From the NCBI GenBank assembly GCA_020349025.1, contig CP070763.1, positions 1,158,753 through 1,222,752 on the forward strand: a stretch of 64,000 nt of DNA, read 5' to 3'. The notes beneath the pieces were generated by a model. The model had not been told where the DNA came from. It did not search any database and was given only the letters and a program-made list of their open reading frames with translations. A program made the position numbers and the translations under genes. Position 1 is the stretch's first letter, and each line of letters opens with the position of its first letter. Below, piece by piece: positions 56,446 through 64,000 of this stretch. Source of the stretch: Candidatus Latescibacterota bacterium. Lineage in GTDB: Bacteria; Krumholzibacteriota; Krumholzibacteriia; G020349025.

Positions 56446-57675
56446 ATGGAGAAGAGCATGAGCCTCCGCCCACAACGTACGCTCCAGCTCCCCGAGCGAG
56501 CCCGCAGCATGCCGGCATCGCCCATTCGCAAGCTCGTGCCCTTCGCCGAGCGCGCGCGAGCACGTGGGATCCACATCCACCATTTGAACATTGGCCAGCC
56601 CGACATCGAGACGCCGCGCGAGATGTTGGAAGCGTATCGCGGCTACGACGAGAAGGTGCTCGCGTATGGTCACTCCGCGGGGCTGCGCGAGTATCGCGAA
56701 GCTCTCGCGCGCTACTACGTCGAACAGAGCATTCAGGTCACGGCCGACGAGATTCTCGTGACCACGGGGGGATCGGAAGCGGTGCTGTTCGCGCTTCTTG
56801 CCGTGTGTCAGCCGGGCGACAACATCCTGGTACCGGAGCCCCTCTACACCAACTATTTGGGGTTCGCGGTCATGGCTGGTGTCGAGGTGCGCCCCATCCC
56901 CACGCGCGGCGATGATGGCTTCCATCTGCCCGCGCGCGCGGTGATCGAAGCACGAATCGACGAGCGCTCACGCGCGTTCCTCTATTCGAGCCCCGGCAAC
57001 CCGACGGGTACGGTTTTCGGGCGCGAAGAGCTGCTGATGCTGCGCGACGTGGCGCTCGAGCATGGTCTTTTCATCATCGCGGACGAGGTGTATCGCGAGT
57101 TCGTCTACGGGGGCGACATCCACACGAGCCTCTTCCACCTGGACGGCCTCACCGAGCGTGGGATCATCGTCGACAGCGTATCGAAGCGCTACAGCGCCTG
57201 CGGTGCGCGTGTGGGCTGTTTGTTGACGCGCAACGAGCAGGTGTTCGACACGCTCTTGCGCTTCGGGCAGGCGCGGCTTTGCCCGCCGACCGTCGACCAG
57301 CTGGCGGCGCTCGCAGCGCTCGGAACGCCATCCGCCTGGCTTGCGGAAACCCGGCGCGAGTATCAGGCGCGGCGCGACGTGCTCGTCGACGCGCTGCAGG
57401 CGATTCCCGGCCTGCGCTGCACGCGTCCGTCGGGCGCTTTCTACTTGATGGCGGAGCTACCCGTGGACGATGCGGGTCGTTTCTGCCAGTGGCTGCTCGA
57501 GAGCTTCGATCTCGATGGACGCAGCGTCATGATGGCGCCAGGGGATGGCTTCTACGTGACAGCCGATGCCGGCAGGCGCGAGGTGCGCATTGCGTACGTG
57601 CTGCGTCGCGAAGACCTCCTCGACGCGGTGCGCGTCCTGGCTGCCGGGCTCGAGGCGTACCCCAACCGGACCTGA
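56446..57675 (+). CDS. Class I/II PLP-dependent aminotransferase (aspartate aminotransferase-like)
   Basis: 'LNIGQPD', 'TTGGSEA', 'PGNPTG', 'ADEVYREF', 'SVSKRYSACGARVG'. Confidence 0.93.
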   Translation: MEKSMSLRPQRTLQLPERARSMPASPIRKLVPFAERARARGIHIHHLNIGQPDIETPREMLEAYRGYDEKVLAYGHSAGLREYREALARYYVEQSIQVTADEILVTTGGSEAVLFALLAVCQPGDNILVPEPLYTNYLGFAVMAGVEVRPIPTRGDDGFHLPARAVIEARIDERSRAFLYSSPGNPTGTVFGREELLMLRDVALEHGLFIIADEVYREFVYGGDIHTSLFHLDGLTERGIIVDSVSKRYSACGARVGCLLTRNEQVFDTLLRFGQARLCPPTVDQLAALAALGTPSAWLAETRREYQARRDVLVDALQAIPGLRCTRPSGAFYLMAELPVDDAGRFCQWLLESFDLDGRSVMMAPGDGFYVTADAGRREVRIAYVLRREDLLDAVRVLAAGLEAYPNRT

Positions 57676-57681
57676 TTCGAC

Positions 57682-58377
57682 ATGCCACAGGTGACAAGAA
57701 CCTGGCTCGCGCTCGCCGCAATCGTGATGATCTGCGCAAGCCCGCTCCGTGCGCAGCACGATCATGGGCGGGAGGAGCGCGGGCACGCGGACCACGCCAC
57801 ATCCCAGCACCGTTTCGACGATGTGGGGGCGTGGGAGGCGCGCTTCGAGGATCCGCAACGCGATGCGTGGCAGCTTCCCGATTCGGTCGTCTCGATTCTC
57901 GTCGATCGAGCCGACCTGGTGGTCGCGGACATCGGCTCGGCAACCGGATACTTCCCGGTGCGCTTTGCTCGTGAGCTGCCGCGCGGCCTGGTGATCGGCG
58001 CCGACATCGAGCCCGAGATGGTCTTCTACTTGAACGATCGCGCCCGGCGTGAAGGGTTGCAGAATCTGGTTAGCGTGCTCGCGGCTGCCGACGATCCACA
58101 TTTCCCTCGCGCGGTGGACCTCGTCTTCATCTGCAACACGTATCATCACATCGATGACCGCGTCGCCTACTTCGAGCGTCTGCAGCAGCAGCTGCGCGAG
58201 GGTGCGCGCGTCGCCATCGTCGACTACCGTCTCGACTCGAGGCGCGGTCCGGCGCACAAGCTCTCACCCGAAGTCGTCGAGCGCGAGATGCAAGCCGCCG
58301 GCTTCGAGCTCGCGCACTCCTACGACTTTCTCCCCGAGCAGTACTTCCTCGTGTTTCGCCTGGTCGAGCGCGATTGA
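57682..58377 (+). CDS. Class I SAM-dependent methyltransferase with N-terminal signal peptide
   Basis: 'VVADIGSATGYF', 'DIEPEM', 'VDLVFICNTYHHI'; signal-like N-terminus followed by a His-rich linker. Confidence 0.85.
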   Translation: MPQVTRTWLALAAIVMICASPLRAQHDHGREERGHADHATSQHRFDDVGAWEARFEDPQRDAWQLPDSVVSILVDRADLVVADIGSATGYFPVRFARELPRGLVIGADIEPEMVFYLNDRARREGLQNLVSVLAAADDPHFPRAVDLVFICNTYHHIDDRVAYFERLQQQLREGARVAIVDYRLDSRRGPAHKLSPEVVEREMQAAGFELAHSYDFLPEQYFLVFRLVERD

Positions 58378-58443
58378 TGCATGCGCCGACCCGACCGCGC
58401 CAAAACTTGGAGGCGTGGTGGCGACGTGTGAAGAAAGGCAGGA

Positions 58444-58470
58444 GAACCGCAGCGGCACCCGCTGCGGTTC
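58444..58470. terminator. Perfect 12-bp hairpin between convergent genes
   Basis: GAACCGCAGCGG-CAC-CCGCTGCGGTTC. Confidence 0.65.
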
Positions 58471-58491
58471 GATGCGCAGGTTGGGAGGGGC

Positions 58492-58713
58492 TCAGGAGGC
58501 TTGGGGGGCGAGGTGCCAGCGGCGCTGGATCGACTTCCAGGTGAGCCCTTGGTAGACAGCGCACAAGCCCACAAGCGCGTACACGATACGGCTGAGTGCA
58601 GAGCCGTCGCCGAACAGTGTTGCGACCAGATCGAAGTTGAAAAACCCGACGAGGCCCCAGTTCAGGCCACCCACGACCAGAAGCACAGCAGCAACGACGT
58701 CGATCGATTTCAT
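58492..58713 (-). CDS. DUF378 (YuzA-like) small membrane protein
   Basis: 'LLVVGGLNWGLVGFFNFDLVA.LFG..S.LSRIVY.LVGL.AVY'. Confidence 0.9.
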   Translation of the reverse strand: MKSIDVVAAVLLVVGGLNWGLVGFFNFDLVATLFGDGSALSRIVYALVGLCAVYQGLTWKSIQRRWHLAPQAS

Positions 58714-59074
58714 TTTGATCCTCCGGTTCAGTGTCTGCCTGGGTGTTCGTCGACACCGCGGCGCCGGATGCAGCCCGGTCGCATTTCCCTTCGGGCGTCT
58801 GCGTCGAAGGCGCAACCGGCTGTTCCAGGCGCCATTCGGGCCCGGCTGCATCCGCGGGGATCGACAGGTCCGAACTGTTGGAGTGAACGGGCCAAGACTC
58901 GAGTGACCCAGGCACTCGACTGAGCGGACGCTCGACAAGGCCTGTGACCCATGAATCGAAGCGCCTTGATCGCCGATGCGCACTCTAGTGCAGATCGTGT
59001 CGACGCTCGCGGCTGTCATTCCACGGGGCATGCTGTCGATGCGAATCGAGCGCATGCCGTGAAAAGGAATCGCA

Positions 59075-59746
59075 ATGACGAAGCACTATTTGATCGTGGG
59101 TGCAAGCTCCGGGATTGGAAAAGCGATTCGAGAGCGACTGGTTGCCGATGGGAACCAGGTCGTGTGCGTGAGCCGCACGTCGAGCCCGGCCGTCGATGTG
59201 ACGCTGGAGGAACCCGCCTTCCCGGCCGTCGAAGGTCCAATCCATGGTCTGGTGTACTGTCCAGGCTCCATTCAACTGCGTCCGTTTGCCAGCCTATCGG
59301 TCGAAAATTTCCGCCGCGACCTGGAGCTGAACTTCATCGGAGGAGTGCGGGCGCTGCAAAACTACCTGCCCGGGCTGCAGGCAGAAGGAGCCTCCGTGGT
59401 GCTCTTCAGCACCGTGGCGGTGCGGATCGGGATGCCGATGCACACGAGCGTGGCCGCGGCGAAGGGCGCGGTGGAGGGCTTCGCACGCTCGCTCGCTGCC
59501 GAGCTGGCGCCGCGCGTCCGCGTTAACGTTCTCGCACCCTCGCTGACCGACACCCCGCTCGCCGCGCGGCTCTTGCGCACGGATCGGCAGCGCGAAGCCG
59601 CGGCCAAGCGACATCCCATGGCGCGCTTCGGCCAGCCCGCCGACTTCGCAGACGCTGCGTGCTTCCTCCTGTCGCCGGGATCGGCATGGATGACGGGCCA
59701 GGTTGTCCACGTGGACGGAGGCTTGTCGACGCTCCGACCGTTATGA
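59075..59746 (+). CDS. SDR family oxidoreductase
   Basis: 'VGASSGIG', 'SVAAAKGAVEG', 'VNVLAPSLTDT'; the catalytic Tyr position appears atypical (V). Confidence 0.88.
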   Translation: MTKHYLIVGASSGIGKAIRERLVADGNQVVCVSRTSSPAVDVTLEEPAFPAVEGPIHGLVYCPGSIQLRPFASLSVENFRRDLELNFIGGVRALQNYLPGLQAEGASVVLFSTVAVRIGMPMHTSVAAAKGAVEGFARSLAAELAPRVRVNVLAPSLTDTPLAARLLRTDRQREAAAKRHPMARFGQPADFADAACFLLSPGSAWMTGQVVHVDGGLSTLRPL

Positions 59747-59774
59747 AGTTTCACCCGAGCCAGGAGACTGCGCC

Positions 59775-60007
59775 ATGAGAGGCGCTGCAATTGCTCTTGT
59801 CGCAGGCGTCACCTTCGCTGCGGCCTGGTTGGCCGCGCGCTTCACACCTGGGGAATGGTACGCCGGGTTGCAGAAGCCGGCGTGGACACCACCGGACGGG
59901 CTCTTCCCCCCGGCATCGTCCTCGCGGCGCTGCTCCTGCTTCCCTACTGGGTCTGGGTCAGCTACGCTACGGCGTTGAACGTGGCGATCTTCTGGCTCAA
60001 TCGATAG
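59775..60007 (+). pseudogene. tspO: TspO/MBR tryptophan-rich sensory protein, internally deleted and frameshifted
   Basis: N-terminus 'WYAGLQKPAWTPPDGLFPP' abuts, in another frame, the C-terminus 'LLLLPYWVWVSYATALNVAIFWLN*'; the central TM helices are missing. Confidence 0.8.
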
Positions 60008-60136
60008 AGACGAGACCCGCCGCGCCTGTCACTCGACACTCGCACTCCACTGAAAGATCCATCCGCAGGCCTTGACGCTGGAATCCACAAATCCGTGATT
60101 CCGGATAGACGGAAAGCTGGCGACGGAGGGCCCCTC

Positions 60137-60463
60137 ATGAAACGTGATCCGGAAGACATCGACAGGGCAGCGCGAATCTTCAAGGCGCTGTCGCACCCGC
60201 AGCGGCTCGAGATCGCCTGCCGTCTGGCCGAAGGTGCTCCGGCGACGCAGACGCAGCTCGTCCAGGAACTCGGCTGGCCCCAATCGACGCTGGCGCGTCA
60301 CCTGCAACCTCTCCGCGACCTGGGCCTGGTCGTAGGTGAGCGCCACGGCCCGGAGGTCGTCCTGACGGTGAAGAGTGCCGTCGTCCGCACGCTCGTGCAG
60401 TCGGTCTGTGTGTGGCTGCACCCCGAGAACGCCGGGGTCGACGCGCGCGGGGAGTTGTCTTGA
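60137..60463 (+). CDS. ArsR/SmtB family repressor with two Cys (SqrR/BigR-like)
   Basis: 'FKALSHPQRLEIACRL', 'QSTLARHL..LR..GLV...R.G'; Cys28 and Cys91. Confidence 0.88.
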   Translation: MKRDPEDIDRAARIFKALSHPQRLEIACRLAEGAPATQTQLVQELGWPQSTLARHLQPLRDLGLVVGERHGPEVVLTVKSAVVRTLVQSVCVWLHPENAGVDARGELS

Positions 60464-62694
60464 ACCGCCGCGACTTCATCCGCATCGGCGCCACGAGCGC
60501 TGCGGGGGTCGCCTTCCTCGGTGGTCTGCCGACGAAGTGGTACGGCCTCGATGCCGACGTTCTGGCCGACCCCGGGACCGGCGGCGATCGCGTCGTGCCC
60601 ACATTCTGCGAGCTCTGCTTCTGGAAGTGCGGCGTCCTCGCCCACGTGCGCGACGGGCGCGTCACCAAGATCACCGGCAACCCGAAGCACCCGCTGTCGC
60701 GCGGTCGCATCTGCCCGCGCGGTGCAGGCGGCACCGGTCTCCTGTACGACCCGGACCGCCTGCAGAAGCCGCTGGTTCGTGTGGGTCAGCGCGGCCAGCA
60801 GACGTTCGAGGAGGTGTCGTGGGAGACGGCGCTCGACGAAGTCGCAGAGCGCTTCGAGCGCATCCGGCAGCGCCATGGAGCTTCGGCGCTGGCGCTCTTC
60901 TACCACGGCTACGGCGGCAACTGGATGAAGCACCTGTTCAAAGCGTACGGCTCGCCGAACATCGCAGCGCCGTCGTACGCGCAGTGTCGCGGCCCGCGCG
61001 ACGTCGGCTTCGAGCTCACGTTCGGCCATCCGGTTGGCTCGCCCGAGAACACCGACATGGCGCACAGTCGCTGTCTCGTTCTCCTCGGCTACCACCTCGG
61101 CGAGAACATGCACAACACGCAGGTGCAGGACTTCGCCGCTGCAATTCGCTCCGGTGCGGATCTCATCGTCGTCGACCCGCGCTTCTCGGTGGCTGCGTCG
61201 AAGGCACGCACCTGGCTGCCGATCAAGCCGGGAACCGACCTCGCGCTGCTGCTTGCGTGGATGAACGTCATCATCAGCGAGGGACGCCACGACCGCGACT
61301 ACGTCGAGCGCTACACGTACGGCTTCGAACAGCTGCGCGAGCACGTACAGAGCTTCACGCCGGAGTGGGCCTACGCGCGCACCGGAATCGAGCCGCACGT
61401 GATCCGCGACACGGCGCGCCGCATGGCCGCCGCGCGCCCCGCCACGCTCGTGCATCCCGGGCGACACGTCACCTGGTATGGCAACGACACGCAGCGCACG
61501 CGCGCCATCGCCATGTTGAACGCGCTTCTGGGGTCGTGGGGGCGACGGGGTGGCTTCTACATGCCGGCATCGATGGAGATCCCGAAGTACACCTCCCCCG
61601 GTTACCTGCCTCCGGAGCGCAAAGCCGCGGATCGTCCGCAAGCGAGCGACTACCCACTGGGTGACAACGTCCTCGCGCAGGGGCTGTGCGACGCTTCGAT
61701 CACGGGTCTGCGCGACTACGATCTCAAGGGCTGGATGGTGTACGGCTCGAACCTGCCCACGACGCTCCCCGACCCGAGAAAAACCTACAAGGCGATCCAG
61801 GAGCTCGACTTTCTGGTCAGCGTGGACGTGTTGCCATCCGAGATCTGCGGTTGGTCAGACGTCGTCCTGCCGGAAGCGACCTACCTCGAGCGCTGCGACG
61901 AGCTGCACGCACCCGGATTCCGCGAGCCGTTCGTCGCCGTGCGACAAGAGGTGGTGCCACCCCTGTACGACAGCAAGCCGGGTTGGTGGATCGCACGCGA
62001 GCTCGGCACGAGGCTGGGGCTGACCGCCTTCTTCCCGTGGAAGGACAGCATGGAGTACGCGAAGGATCGACTGCATGCGGCGGGTCACGCATGCGACGTC
62101 CTGCAACGCGACGGTGTCATCCAGGGAGAGCAGCAGCCGATCTACTTCGAAGAGGGCGTCGCGCCCGAGTTCTGGACCGACTCGGGGCGCATCGAGCTCT
62201 ACTCGAACGAGCTCGCCCAGCACGGCTTCGATCCGATGCCCACATGGCACGACGACGAGCTGGAGGAGCCGCCCGCGGGCTACTACCGTCTGCTCTTCGG
62301 TCGCGCGCCCACTCACACCTTCGGGCGCACGACGAACAACCGTCTGCTCTCCGAGGTCTACAAAGAGAACGAGGTGTGGGTGAACCCGAGCGTGGCAAGG
62401 CGCTGGGGCTTGGCGAACGGTGAGCGCGTCCACCTCCAGAACCAGGACGGCGTGCGCTCCGAGTTCTCGGCACCTGTGCGCGTGACGAGCCGCATTCGTC
62501 CCGACGCCGTCTTCCTCGTTCATGGTTACGGGCGTAACGCCATGAAGCTGCGCTTCGCCTACGGCAGGGGCATCGACACGACGGGGCTCATCACGCGCTA
62601 CAAAGTCGACCCGATCATGGGCGGCACCGGGATGAACGTGAACTTCGTCACCTTCGTCAAAGCGGCGCTGGTGAGCGGGGAGGCAGCCTCGTGA
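60460..62694 (+). CDS. psrA: Polysulfide/thiosulfate reductase catalytic molybdopterin subunit (PsrA/PhsA-like)
   Basis: Tat signal 'NRRDFIR'; [4Fe-4S] 'CELCFWKC...CPRG'; Cys ligand region 'SYAQCRGPR'; 'LPEATYLER'; C-terminal Mo-bisPGD domain. TTG start overlaps the ArsR stop. Confidence 0.85.
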   Translation: MNRRDFIRIGATSAAGVAFLGGLPTKWYGLDADVLADPGTGGDRVVPTFCELCFWKCGVLAHVRDGRVTKITGNPKHPLSRGRICPRGAGGTGLLYDPDRLQKPLVRVGQRGQQTFEEVSWETALDEVAERFERIRQRHGASALALFYHGYGGNWMKHLFKAYGSPNIAAPSYAQCRGPRDVGFELTFGHPVGSPENTDMAHSRCLVLLGYHLGENMHNTQVQDFAAAIRSGADLIVVDPRFSVAASKARTWLPIKPGTDLALLLAWMNVIISEGRHDRDYVERYTYGFEQLREHVQSFTPEWAYARTGIEPHVIRDTARRMAAARPATLVHPGRHVTWYGNDTQRTRAIAMLNALLGSWGRRGGFYMPASMEIPKYTSPGYLPPERKAADRPQASDYPLGDNVLAQGLCDASITGLRDYDLKGWMVYGSNLPTTLPDPRKTYKAIQELDFLVSVDVLPSEICGWSDVVLPEATYLERCDELHAPGFREPFVAVRQEVVPPLYDSKPGWWIARELGTRLGLTAFFPWKDSMEYAKDRLHAAGHACDVLQRDGVIQGEQQPIYFEEGVAPEFWTDSGRIELYSNELAQHGFDPMPTWHDDELEEPPAGYYRLLFGRAPTHTFGRTTNNRLLSEVYKENEVWVNPSVARRWGLANGERVHLQNQDGVRSEFSAPVRVTSRIRPDAVFLVHGYGRNAMKLRFAYGRGIDTTGLITRYKVDPIMGGTGMNVNFVTFVKAALVSGEAAS

Positions 62695-63242
62695 GTCGCC
62701 GTTCGCGCTACGTGATGGTCATCGATGCGCGCACCTGCGTCGGGTGCAGCGGCTGCGTCATTGCCTGCCGCACGGAGAACAACGTCGCGCCCGGGCACTC
62801 ACGCGACTGGATCTTCACGGAAACGGCGGGCAGCTTTCCCAAACTGCGGATGACGATCCGGTCGGAGCGCTGCAACCACTGCAAGAACGCTGCGTGTGTT
62901 CGCGCTTGCCCGACCGGTGCATCGTGGTACGGACCCGGCGGCAGCGTGCAGGTCAACGCCGACAAATGCACCGGCTGCAAGGCGTGCATCGCAGGCTGCC
63001 CCTACGACGCGCGCTTCGTCGACCCACGAACCGGCACGGTCGACAAGTGCACCTTCTGCATGCATCGCATCGATCGCGGCATGCCGACGACGGCGTGCCA
63101 GGATACGTGCCCGACGCAGAGCATCCACTTCGGTGACTTGAACGACGCCGCGAGCGAGGTGTCGAAGCTGCTCGCGACGCGCGAGTGGTACACGCTGCGG
63201 CCGGAGGCGGGAACGCAACCGATGGTCTACTACCTGAAGTGA
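62691..63242 (+). CDS. psrB: 4Fe-4S electron-transfer subunit (PsrB/NrfC-like)
   Basis: 'CVGCSGCVIAC', 'CNHCKNAACVRACP', 'CTGCKACIAGCPY', 'KCTFC...CQDTCP'. Confidence 0.9.
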   Translation: MSRRSRYVMVIDARTCVGCSGCVIACRTENNVAPGHSRDWIFTETAGSFPKLRMTIRSERCNHCKNAACVRACPTGASWYGPGGSVQVNADKCTGCKACIAGCPYDARFVDPRTGTVDKCTFCMHRIDRGMPTTACQDTCPTQSIHFGDLNDAASEVSKLLATREWYTLRPEAGTQPMVYYLK

Positions 63243-63244
63243 GG

Positions 63245-64000
63245 ATGGATCCGGTGGAAACGACGACGACTCGCGCCAATCCGCTCATCGATCCCCAGCT
63301 GCACATCTGGCACGGCGAGGTCGCCCTCTACCTCTTTCTCGGTGGTCTGGCCGCGGGGATCATGATCATCACGGGCGCGATGCGGCTGCGCGACCGGAAC
63401 GCCGCATGGTCGAGCCACCTGGCACTCCTGTCTTGGTGCGCGCCGCTTCTGCTCTCGCTCGGGATGTTTTTCCTCTGGCTCGACCTGGAGAATCCTTTCA
63501 ACGCCCTGCGCTTCTACGCGACCTTCAGCTGGCACAGCCCGATGTCTTGGGGCGCGTGGATCCTGCTCCTTGTTTTTCCCGTGTCGATCCTGTTCGCATG
63601 GACGCAAACGCGGCGCAGCGCCTCGGGGCGCCTGGCGCGCTTCGACGCGTGGGCCCGGGAGCGCGAGGCGCCGCTTGCAGCTTGGAACGTCGCCGGCGGC
63701 GTGGCGCTGGGCCTCTACACCGGAATCCTGCTCGCATCGCTGGCGGCCCGACCGCTGTGGAACTCGGCGCTTCTGGGACCGCTGTTCCTGGTGTCCGGTG
63801 CGTCGACGGGCGCCGCTTTTCTTCTTCTTTTCAGATTGCGCGACGACGAGCGGCTCGCGCTCGGCCGGCTCGATCTGTTTCTCGTCGCCATCGAGATCGT
63901 CGTCGTGGGGCTGTGGCTCGCGTCGCTGGCGTCGGGTGGGCGTGAGTCACGCGCCGCGGTCGCACTCTTCCTGGGCGGACCGTACACCGTCTCTTTCTGG
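63245..64000 (+). CDS. psrC: NrfD/PsrC family membrane anchor subunit (partial, truncated by window end)
   Basis: 'W...VALYLFLGGLAAG', 'LWLDL..P', 'SPMSWGAW', 'YTGILL....ARPLWNS..L..LFLVSG.STG'; no stop before 64000. Confidence 0.88.
   Translation, partial: MDPVETTTTRANPLIDPQLHIWHGEVALYLFLGGLAAGIMIITGAMRLRDRNAAWSSHLALLSWCAPLLLSLGMFFLWLDLENPFNALRFYATFSWHSPMSWGAWILLLVFPVSILFAWTQTRRSASGRLARFDAWAREREAPLAAWNVAGGVALGLYTGILLASLAARPLWNSALLGPLFLVSGASTGAAFLLLFRLRDDERLALGRLDLFLVAIEIVVVGLWLASLASGGRESRAAVALFLGGPYTVSFW

Noticed and set aside
60460-62694. Selenocysteine in the molybdoenzyme
   Set aside because: The reading frame is open throughout and the predicted Mo ligand position is Cys (YAQCRG).
1-64000. 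CRISPR arrays, tRNA/rRNA genes, IS elements, integrases, prophage genes
   Set aside because: None seen; the periodic repeats found are all within protein-coding domains (PKD, SBBP, FG-GAP, YVTN).

Overview
This is a GC-rich, gene-dense bacterial chromosomal window with about 47 CDS and no rRNA, tRNA, CRISPR array, integrase or transposase that I can see. Secreted proteins with FlgD-Ig-type C-terminal tails suggest an FCB-superphylum candidate lineage such as Krumholzibacteriota, Latescibacterota or Eisenbacteria (inference only). The window is rich in peptidases (S8, CPBP, PepQ, PrsW, M16, M14, FtsH, S9, GGT). It also carries an ECF sigma/anti-sigma/YbjQ operon, a TetR-TolC-MFP-RND efflux operon, asnB plus a nucleotide-sugar dehydrogenase, leuS, a pyrimidine-catabolism-like pair with an NTT-type transporter, and an ArsR-psrABC polysulfide/thiosulfate reductase cluster that runs off the right end. 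The main observations are: (1) a membrane-anchored Clp-type AAA+ ATPase with a ClpP-docking-like LGF loop, fused to a class I release-factor-like module lacking the GGQ catalytic domain; (2) a DUF3179 protein with an in-frame UGA at the conserved Cys position followed by a SECIS-like hairpin, probably an exported selenoprotein that the ORF track splits in two; (3) a SqrR/BigR-like two-Cys ArsR coupled to psrABC; (4) two kinds of C-terminal sorting tails on secreted proteins; (5) an orphan REC protein with an HPt-like motif, an internally deleted tspO, and several apparently leaderless genes. All family assignments come from motif recognition by eye; no database searches were run.
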